A stretch of 64,000 nucleotides of DNA from Bacilli bacterium. GTDB taxonomy: Bacteria; Bacillota_I; Bacilli_A; RFN20; CAG-826. Positions 57,122-64,000 of the stretch are shown piece by piece. The notes beneath the pieces are model-generated. The model worked only from the letters and a program-made list of their open reading frames with translations, was not told where the DNA came from and ran no database searches. The stretch spans positions 27,311 to 91,310 of the forward strand of contig JBGUXN010000003.1 in assembly GCA_045222195.1 (NCBI GenBank). The letters are read 5' to 3'. The translations under genes and the position numbers were made by a program. How positions within the stretch are numbered: position 1 is the first letter of the stretch; every line of letters begins with the position of its first letter.

Positions 57122-58570
57122 TTACTTATAATAATCATCAATTAGAACATCAAAATCTACATCTATGCCAAGCTCATTTAATTTCTTTATTCTTGTATCG
57201 TATAAAGGCCTTAGATATTTAACTTTTTCTGCTCGTGTTCCATAATGAACGGCTTTATGGCAATTAGGGCAAAGAGCAACTATGTTTTCCAGCCTATCTA
57301 GATTAATTCCTAAAGAAAGATAGTCTTTTTGCGCTTTCATAGGAACTAAATGATGGGCCTCTAAATAACGCGTTCCATGAATAGAATCAAAGGTTGAATG
57401 ACTGCCATCGATTTTGCCACAAAGTTCGCAAACATAGTCAGCGTTTTTGATAGCTGTTTTTGCTAATCTAGGATCTGTAGAAAACCTGTTATTTGTTTCT
57501 AATCCACTTTTAAGAACAGGCTCTCTGTTATTACTTCTGTCAATATCTTCTTCGTTATCGTACACGCTCGCTTCTTTTACTTCTTGTTCGTCTTCCATGT
57601 CCAGGATAGCATCGATAATAGTATCGATATCCGGATTATCTTTATCAGGAACAACGATCGAAATATCTTTGCTTGCAGAACCGCTAAATTCAGAACTCTT
57701 TTTAAATACAGCTTTGCGTCTATGCGCTCTTCTAACTGTCCCGGTTGGATTATCGGTTAAATCAAAATCAAAGCCTTGTATATTTTCTAAATAGGATCTG
57801 TATTTTGTATCATTAGAAAGATAAGTTTGTAATTTGGTGAGGTTTTGGGCAAGAACAAAATTATCATAAAAATCATCGGCAATAGGATGATTCAAAGATA
57901 ACAAGTCGTTCTCTAAAGAAAACATTTTTGTATTGTCAAAGATTAAAGTCATTATTCTGCTATCGGATTTATATTGTCTAACAAAAGGAGAAATCTTAGC
58001 TTTTGGATCACCAATCCAACGTACAGCATCGTCAACCTCATCCATTGATTTACACGTTAGAACGTAGGTCCATATTTTGTTCATTGGAACTAGTTTCATT
58101 CCATAATCTTTATCTAATTTCCACATGACCAAAAACAAGAATAGGAAAGGATAAACGAAATAATCATCACGGTTCTCTGTAGTATCAATGATGGATTTTA
58201 TTTTTACCTTAAGAAGCTGTTCGGACATTATTTTCTTGAATTCAACGCTGTCCATAGCGTATTTCTTTAATTCAACAAAAACAGGAGTAACTGTTTCATT
58301 GGAATAACTGGAACCGCCTCGAGAATAGTATGGATCTTTTGTAATTAAGCCAAACATCTGAGCAATCGCTAAAATTCTATGTCTGTTTGTGCTGATACCG
58401 TATCTTTCATGGTTATCATTAAAATACTGTTCAATATTGGTGTTTTCTACATCTGCTATTTCACTGAATAGTTTGGACGACAAAAACAGTTCATTAAATT
58501 CAGCAATTTGTTTTGTATACGCCCAAGCGCTTTTAATATTTAGAGAGTCATATTTTTCTTTAGCGTTCAT
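57122..58570 (-). CDS. HNH endonuclease, probable restriction component
   Basis: C-terminal 'CELCG...EAHHLVP...NIVALCPNCHKAVH' HNH/zinc motif. Overlaps the C5-MTase stop codon by 11 nt. Confidence 0.7.
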   Translation of the reverse strand: MNAKEKYDSLNIKSAWAYTKQIAEFNELFLSSKLFSEIADVENTNIEQYFNDNHERYGISTNRHRILAIAQMFGLITKDPYYSRGGSSYSNETVTPVFVELKKYAMDSVEFKKIMSEQLLKVKIKSIIDTTENRDDYFVYPFLFLFLVMWKLDKDYGMKLVPMNKIWTYVLTCKSMDEVDDAVRWIGDPKAKISPFVRQYKSDSRIMTLIFDNTKMFSLENDLLSLNHPIADDFYDNFVLAQNLTKLQTYLSNDTKYRSYLENIQGFDFDLTDNPTGTVRRAHRRKAVFKKSSEFSGSASKDISIVVPDKDNPDIDTIIDAILDMEDEQEVKEASVYDNEEDIDRSNNREPVLKSGLETNNRFSTDPRLAKTAIKNADYVCELCGKIDGSHSTFDSIHGTRYLEAHHLVPMKAQKDYLSLGINLDRLENIVALCPNCHKAVHYGTRAEKVKYLRPLYDTRIKKLNELGIDVDFDVLIDDYYK

Positions 58571-59669
58571 CTTTCAAAAGCTCCTTAACCATAAAGGCGA
58601 ATGTATATGCAATTTTTGGAGGAACGGCGTTTCCGATTGTTTTGCAAACAATGCTTTTTGTTCCTTCAAAAACAAAGTCATCAGGGAATGATTGTATTCT
58701 TGCAGCTTCTCTAGGAGTAATCATCCTATCTTCAGATGGGTGTATAAATTGACCACCGGATGGAGTGTCAAAACGAGTTGTAATGGTTGGAGCAACTCCC
58801 TCCCACTCAAGCCTTCCATATGAACCACTGTGAACGGAGTGTATTTCTTCTTTTAATGAAGTATAATTCTGACCCGGTTTTATTTGTTTAACTCTATCCA
58901 ACGCCTTCTTGGTTAGTTCAAATCTATTGTGGTTTGTGATTGTCTTCCCACTGCAAGATAAGAATTTTTGATAATCAGTCTCTGGAGAAGGATTAGTAAT
59001 AATGCCACTTTCAGAAGGTTCTGGTAAATTTGAAATTGCATCTTTTACTGTTACTTTATTGTAAAAGTTTGGATATTTGGCTAAAACTGCATTCTTAGCA
59101 ATTTCTAGATATTTTTCGAAATCAAAGTCGGCATTTTTTCTTCCAATAATGATTACTCTTTCTCTTTTTTGAGGGATACCAAATTCAACACCTTTCACAA
59201 CTTTATAATGTAAGTAATATCTATCTCCGTTAAAGTTCTCAGAATCAGAAAAAACTTTAATAATTTCTTTAAAAATGTCACCGTTGTTCATAGATAAAAT
59301 GCCTTTGACATTCTCGATAATAAAAACTTTTGGTTTTACGATTTGAACAACTTTTAAGTACTGCTTAAATAAATAATTTCTAGGATCATCAACAAAAGAA
59401 TTTTGTCTGATTCTTGCCCCAGCCATAGAAAAGCCTTGGCATGGCGGACCGCCAATTATCACATCGACTTCGTTTTCAGAAAAATTGGAAGAATTATTAA
59501 TGTTTCCAATATCATCGACAAACAATTTTGTATCAGGATGATTTATTTCGTATATAGCTGCAATTTGTTTATCAAATTCCACTGCCTTCGAAGCAAAAAA
59601 ACCAGCCTTTTCAAAGCCAACCGAGAAGCCTCCAACACCAGCAAATAAATCTATGACCTTGTTATTCAT
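58560..59669 (-). CDS. DNA (cytosine-5)-methyltransferase
   Basis: Motifs I 'DLFAGVGG', IV 'GGPPCQGFS', VI 'ENVKG', VIII 'QKRERV', X 'GNAVPP'. Confidence 0.9.
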   Translation of the reverse strand: MNNKVIDLFAGVGGFSVGFEKAGFFASKAVEFDKQIAAIYEINHPDTKLFVDDIGNINNSSNFSENEVDVIIGGPPCQGFSMAGARIRQNSFVDDPRNYLFKQYLKVVQIVKPKVFIIENVKGILSMNNGDIFKEIIKVFSDSENFNGDRYYLHYKVVKGVEFGIPQKRERVIIIGRKNADFDFEKYLEIAKNAVLAKYPNFYNKVTVKDAISNLPEPSESGIITNPSPETDYQKFLSCSGKTITNHNRFELTKKALDRVKQIKPGQNYTSLKEEIHSVHSGSYGRLEWEGVAPTITTRFDTPSGGQFIHPSEDRMITPREAARIQSFPDDFVFEGTKSIVCKTIGNAVPPKIAYTFAFMVKELLKDER

Positions 59670-61263
59670 TGTCTTTTCCTACTCTATATTTTAATGCATA
59701 ATTCTTAACTTTAATTAGTTCTTGCTTGTTCAATTTGTAAATTGCTGCAAGAGCATCGTCAATCTTGTCTATGATATTTTTGCAACATTTATGCTTATAA
59801 GCATATTCTGTTTGAACACTACCAATATATACTTTTGTCTCTTCAAGTTTTTTTTCTAATTCTTTTGCCAAACAATCGAATTGTTTATAGTCAATTTCTT
59901 TTCCTGCCTTGACATTAAAAGACGAAAGTTCTCTTCCTGTAATGTGCCAGCAATCGGACATCACAACCCAATAAAACCAAAACAAACTTGAATTCATCAA
60001 ACAAAGAATGTAGTTTCGCATCTCTGGAGAAAACCTAAATTCTTTATATTCACTACTTCCAGGGTTAAAAGTAAAAGCTTTATTCCAAAAGAACCCTCTC
60101 ATGTTTAAATAAACCGGCAATCCCTCTTTTTGCTTTAGGTTGTCGAAATTGAATGGTTCTCCACCGTATACTTTATCAAAAATAGTGAGTTCTATCTCGG
60201 AACCAACCTTCGGATAAAACCCATAATCACGCGGGAGTTTAACCAATTCTTTTGGTTTGAAAATAGATTGCCTTGTTTCTCTATAAAAATACTTATAATT
60301 CGAGACATAAATTCCTTTTTGCTCAGAATTGTTTGTAGCGATAAGAATCGTGAGTTTTTGATGAACTCTTGTAAATAACGACGCTGGTCTATCGGAATAA
60401 TTGGCGATTAGCTGTTTAGAAAAAGTACATTCAATCGCATTACGTATTCCGTTCATTCTAGGCGTTGCAACATATGAAAGAGGGATAATAAAACCCATAA
60501 CGCCATTTTCGTTGATAAAATGACTAGCATTTTCAATGACATCTGCATAGATATTTCCATATTTGCTCACTCTTGTTCTTTCGACATATGGAGGATTTCC
60601 AATTATTAAATCAAAGGAATTCAAATCTTCTTTTTTAATCGTCAAAAAGTCAAAAGTAGTAAAACTGTCTTTTATGGCATGTGCAATAGAATCGTCGCAT
60701 CTTTTTAAGAACAAAGCAGATTGAATAAATAGCCTTATCTTAGAAATGTTATTTGCGTCTGAGTCAATGTCATTACCGCTTATTGTTGAAAGAACTTTTA
60801 TTACATCGTCGACAGTAATGGTCTCTCTAACCGACTCCAATAGTTTAAATTTCAATTTCAAGACAGACACCAAAAACTCTCCAGTGCCAGATGTAGGATC
60901 GAACACGGTTTTATTGAACACAAAATCTAAAGCAACATTTTTATCAATGAACCACTTAAATAACGAATTGCAGTCGAGTAAGTCGTTTTTAGATTTGCAA
61001 TACAATGAGTGAACTGAGTTATAAACAATATAGTCACAAACATCAACAGGAGTATAAAACACCCCATTCTCCTTTTGATCGGTTGAACGTTCATGTATCT
61101 TAGAGATGCTTTTTTCAAACTCTTCCATCGATTCGAAATTGGCAAAAGCTTCGTTAAAAAAATCTTCATTAAAATTAAATGATCCATAATAACCATTCAG
61201 GAGCACTTCGAGTGAATGTCTAACATCAATAAAGTCTAGTAAACCAATGCATTTTTGTTTCAT
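59662..61263 (-). CDS. N6-adenine DNA methyltransferase (Eco57I-like, gamma-class)
   Basis: 'DPTSGTGEF' (motif I) followed by 'IIGNPPY' (motif IV). Confidence 0.8.
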   Translation of the reverse strand: MKQKCIGLLDFIDVRHSLEVLLNGYYGSFNFNEDFFNEAFANFESMEEFEKSISKIHERSTDQKENGVFYTPVDVCDYIVYNSVHSLYCKSKNDLLDCNSLFKWFIDKNVALDFVFNKTVFDPTSGTGEFLVSVLKLKFKLLESVRETITVDDVIKVLSTISGNDIDSDANNISKIRLFIQSALFLKRCDDSIAHAIKDSFTTFDFLTIKKEDLNSFDLIIGNPPYVERTRVSKYGNIYADVIENASHFINENGVMGFIIPLSYVATPRMNGIRNAIECTFSKQLIANYSDRPASLFTRVHQKLTILIATNNSEQKGIYVSNYKYFYRETRQSIFKPKELVKLPRDYGFYPKVGSEIELTIFDKVYGGEPFNFDNLKQKEGLPVYLNMRGFFWNKAFTFNPGSSEYKEFRFSPEMRNYILCLMNSSLFWFYWVVMSDCWHITGRELSSFNVKAGKEIDYKQFDCLAKELEKKLEETKVYIGSVQTEYAYKHKCCKNIIDKIDDALAAIYKLNKQELIKVKNYALKYRVGKDNE

Positions 61264-61267
61264 GTTT

Positions 61268-61459
61268 TTATTCTTCTATTGATATGTTGTGTTCTTTGAA
61301 AAGAAGGGCTAGTTTTCTTTTAATTTTCATAGTTGGTTCATGCTCTTCGTTTTCCCATCTATTCACACTAGCAAAAGAAACTCCAAGAATTTCTGCTAAT
61401 TCTGATTGAGTAACTAACATTCTTTTTCGCAATGTTTTAATAGCTAGAGAATATGTCAT
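61268..61459 (-). CDS. XRE-family HTH protein, probable controller (C) protein
   Basis: 'MLVTQSELAEILGVSFASVNRWENEEHEP'. ATG at 61459. Extended -10 box TGTTATAAT at 61496-61488. Confidence 0.7.
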   Translation of the reverse strand: MTYSLAIKTLRKRMLVTQSELAEILGVSFASVNRWENEEHEPTMKIKRKLALLFKEHNISIEE

Positions 61460-61536
61460 AATCTGTTTCAATTCACAACTTAACAAAATTATAACACTTT
61501 TATATAACAATTGCTATTTCTTTTAGAACTGATTTA

Positions 61537-61671
61537 TTAACAATTCCAAGGAGTATTAAACCATGCTATAAGCTCTTTAATATTGTCAGTTGCATAGATT
61601 GGTTCATCCCAGCGGCCTTCGCCATCAGGAGTTCTGCCGTAGACCGCATATCTGGTCTTATTCCAGTAATA
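61537..61671 (-). pseudogene. possible C-terminal gene remnant
   Basis: A GC-richer patch translates as YYWNKTRYAVYGRTPDGEGRWDEPIYATDNIKELIAWFNTPWNC*. It has no start codon and a stop codon lies immediately upstream. Confidence 0.25.
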
Positions 61672-61700
61672 TTAATAACAGCTCTTGCAAAAAAAGAATC

Positions 61701-61725
61701 AAAAAAGCGCCCAAAGTTATGGGCG
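61701..61725 (-). terminator. intrinsic terminator after the DUF2130-like gene
   Basis: Minus strand: CGCCCA-6 nt-UGGGCG followed by a U6 run. Confidence 0.75.
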
Positions 61726-61750
61726 ATTTTCAATAATTTTATAGATGTTA

Positions 61751-63427
61751 TCAACGGTTTAATACCGCATATATTCTTTCACAAATGAATAAATCAGCAT
61801 CTTTTCCTAAAATATCTTGTATTTGCATGACACTGGTTGGTTTAGCTTTAACAAGTTCGTTAATCTTTTCGTTTGTTAAAACTCTATGAGCATTATAGAT
61901 GCCTTCTTCAAATAAAAAGGTACGACATTGTTCGAGTTTTCTCACTAATATCCTATTAGCAATTTCATCTGTTTTTTGTTCTATTTCATCGATGTCTTGT
62001 TCTTCTATAACATCTTTATTAGGTTTTAATTCTACTTTTTCAGATGGAGTAATAGTTGGTTTATCTTCATTATCCTTTTTGGCTTTTTCAAAAAGGTCTT
62101 TCATTGTTGGATTATTATAAGTAAGTTTTCTAATTGTTAAATCTTGGGCTTTATCATTTGCTAATCTAAGTTGATTATCAGCGGTTAATAATCCTTCTTT
62201 AACTTTGTTTAAATGGGCGATTGTCTTATCGATTTCTTCAATAGCTTTAGCAAAGTTATTTTTAGCGGAGATATAGTTCTTGCTAAATTTATCTTGGAAA
62301 TCATATAGTTTTTCTTCGAAATTACTAATATCAATGTTTTGATTCTTAATCTTTAAAAGTTCATTCTTTTCATTAGCGGCTGTTTTAGCGGCGTTATATA
62401 AAAGACCAATAAAAGAAACAAAGAACTGTGGTCTAATGACATACATCTTTGGATATTCATAAGAAACATCAACGATACCGGCATTGTAATATTCATTATC
62501 TGGTTCTAATAAAGAGACGAGTACAGCGTATTCGCAGTTTTTCTTTTTACGATCGTCATCTAGCTTTTTAAAAAAGTCTTCATTTTTATGTTTAGTGGAG
62601 GAAATATCTGATTCATTTTTCATTTCAAACATGATGGATATTAATTCCGCACCATCTTCGGTCCAATCACGGAAGATGAAGTCACCTTTAGTACCCTCCA
62701 CTACATCATTATCTTTTTCAAATTGAGCGTGTGGGTACGAATTCATTCTGATTTGATTAAAAGCAATTAAACAGTGTTGCTCTAACGATTCACCCAATAG
62801 TTTAACGTTTGTTTTGGCCTTTAAATCTCTGTAATAGGCAATTTCGTTTTCTTTGAAAGATAATTCATCTTTATGGCGTTTTTCTATTGAACTTTTTTCC
62901 AAAGCATACTCTCTCTCGTTTAAAACAATCTGGCTCTTTAAATGTTCGACTTCAGTTTCTTTTTCGCGAACTGCGTTATCAATAGAGTGCTGTCTTTCTT
63001 TCTTTTCAACCGCCAAATCCGATTCTGCTTTTTGAAGTTTGGATTCAAGTTCTGAAATCTGTCTATTAAGCTTTGATTCAAGTCTAAGCTTTTCGTTTTC
63101 TTTTTCCGCGTTTAAAACATCGACTCTAGCTTGTATGTCTTTTGCGCTTTCTTCTTTTTGTTTAATTAACTCTTTTTCCTTGTTGTTTAATTTATTCTCT
63201 AGTTCTTGAAGTCTAATGTTAGCTTTACCAAGTTCTTGTTCATATTGACCTTTCAATTGTTCTTTTAAAAAGGCCTCGCTTGTTTTGTTTTGCTCTTTTA
63301 TGAGATTTGTTCTAGCCTCTAGCTCTTTGTTAAATTCTTCGTTTTTAATTTGGACAAGGATATCTGCGTATTCCTTTTCATCAACTGTAAAAACTTCTCC
63401 ACATTTTGGACATTTAATTTTTGCCAT
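61751..63427 (-). CDS. DUF2130-like protein (zinc ribbon + long coiled coil + nuclease-like core + C-terminal helical domain)
   Basis: 'CPKCGEVF'. E/K coiled coil. 'KGDFIFRD...IMFEMKNE...YAVLVS' core. ATG at 63427 preferred. Confidence 0.6.
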   Translation of the reverse strand: MAKIKCPKCGEVFTVDEKEYADILVQIKNEEFNKELEARTNLIKEQNKTSEAFLKEQLKGQYEQELGKANIRLQELENKLNNKEKELIKQKEESAKDIQARVDVLNAEKENEKLRLESKLNRQISELESKLQKAESDLAVEKKERQHSIDNAVREKETEVEHLKSQIVLNEREYALEKSSIEKRHKDELSFKENEIAYYRDLKAKTNVKLLGESLEQHCLIAFNQIRMNSYPHAQFEKDNDVVEGTKGDFIFRDWTEDGAELISIMFEMKNESDISSTKHKNEDFFKKLDDDRKKKNCEYAVLVSLLEPDNEYYNAGIVDVSYEYPKMYVIRPQFFVSFIGLLYNAAKTAANEKNELLKIKNQNIDISNFEEKLYDFQDKFSKNYISAKNNFAKAIEEIDKTIAHLNKVKEGLLTADNQLRLANDKAQDLTIRKLTYNNPTMKDLFEKAKKDNEDKPTITPSEKVELKPNKDVIEEQDIDEIEQKTDEIANRILVRKLEQCRTFLFEEGIYNAHRVLTNEKINELVKAKPTSVMQIQDILGKDADLFICERIYAVLNR

Positions 63428-63572
63428 AACTACCCCCAAGTTTTTAGCACAATAGAAACTAAACCAACGTTATAGATTTAGTGTTTTAAACGCATAAAAT
63501 TATTGATGCACTTATATATTAAATTAATCTAGCTGAAGATAGTAACTCAAACTCGCGACTATCGTTAAAAAG

Positions 63573-64000
63573 TTAATCAAAAAGACCTAACGAATCCATC
63601 TTTTGATAAATATTAGTTTTTTCAAAATTGCTTTTGTCAAAGTAATAATCTACTGTTTGGGCAAAAGAAGAATTTACATAAAAATTAGTTAGATTAGGAA
63701 TTACAGTTTCGGCGCACAAGCAAATATCGTGTCCCCTAATATTGTTCCAATATTGATCAATCTTTTCAATCGAGAACCCTTTGACTTTGTGAACAAATGT
63801 GTTGGATAAATCAACAAGACCTTCTTCTCTCATTTTTGCAAAAATATATGGTTTAGCGAATTCTCTAGAGGATTCACCATAAAAAACGTTTTTTTCACTT
63901 TTACCAAAGAGATTTAAAAGCAAACTTAATTGTATGTCTGTTTCATGCTTGAAAATTAATGAAGCATTATTCTTAATTGCTTCTTCGTCAATTACGTTTC
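63573..64000 (-). CDS. hypothetical protein, 5'-truncated by the window edge
   Basis: The reading frame stays open from 63923 to position 64000. The ORF-track start is an internal TTG. Confidence 0.4.
   Translation of the reverse strand, partial: NVIDEEAIKNNASLIFKHETDIQLSLLLNLFGKSEKNVFYGESSREFAKPYIFAKMREEGLVDLSNTFVHKVKGFSIEKIDQYWNNIRGHDICLCAETVIPNLTNFYVNSSFAQTVDYYFDKSNFEKTNIYQKMDSLGLFD

Noticed and set aside
61566-61754. 62-aa minus-strand ORF from the track.
   Set aside because: It spans the DUF2130 terminator hairpin (61701-61725). It has no RBS. A different frame in the same patch looks more protein-like but is only a remnant.
1-64000. Possibility that the organism uses genetic code 4 (TGA = Trp), as many Mollicutes do.
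   Set aside because: The motif-supported genes are full length with TGA read as a stop, and several end in TGA (for example the GTGA junction at 56757-56760). The standard bacterial code is therefore retained.

Overview
Low-GC, gene-dense chromosomal segment, mostly transcribed on the minus strand. Long ORFs stay intact with TGA as a stop, so it reads with the standard bacterial code, not the Mycoplasma code. At least nine proteins carry lipobox signal peptides, and several have InlB-B-repeat or BspA-type LRR domains. This suggests a Firmicutes/Mollicutes-related organism (Acholeplasma- or Erysipelotrichia-like), by inference only. Layout: (i) 0-11.4 kb holds small housekeeping and accessory genes: LMW-PTP, a GT2 glycosyltransferase, a VTC/DUF4956/beta-helix-lipoprotein cluster, an alpha/beta hydrolase, a ZIP transporter and a PlsC-type acyltransferase. 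(ii) 11.45-14.0 kb is completely ORF-free and visibly GC-richer than its flanks. It holds two tandem paralogous ~1.05-kb units, each with its own minus-strand promoter and intrinsic terminator. The two copies differ by many compensatory base-pair changes and carry GNRA/UUCG/CUUG tetraloops. Each unit is itself an internal triplication of a ~315-nt module. I read this as a pair of giant structured ncRNAs that I cannot assign to a known family; it is the strongest candidate for something new. (iii) 14.1-44.6 kb holds an OmpR/HisKA two-component system, cardiolipin synthase, a heterodimeric ABC exporter, large surface lipoproteins, SDR, mutarotase, a HipA-like kinase, MntP, malic enzyme, a LysR-linked lipoprotein/hydrolase operon, an ABC-2 transporter and a macro-domain protein. 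(iv) 44.6-64 kb is a defence/accessory island. It holds RelE/Phd, a SHOCT membrane protein plus an SF1 helicase-nuclease, a DUF2779-like nuclease, a six-gene operon built around a GHKL (Hsp90/MutL-type) ATPase that I cannot match to a named system, a C-protein/N6A-MTase/C5-MTase/HNH restriction-modification operon, and a DUF2130-like protein. No tRNA, rRNA, CRISPR array, transposase or integrase was recognised. All calls rest on motif reading by eye. No database search or computation was run.
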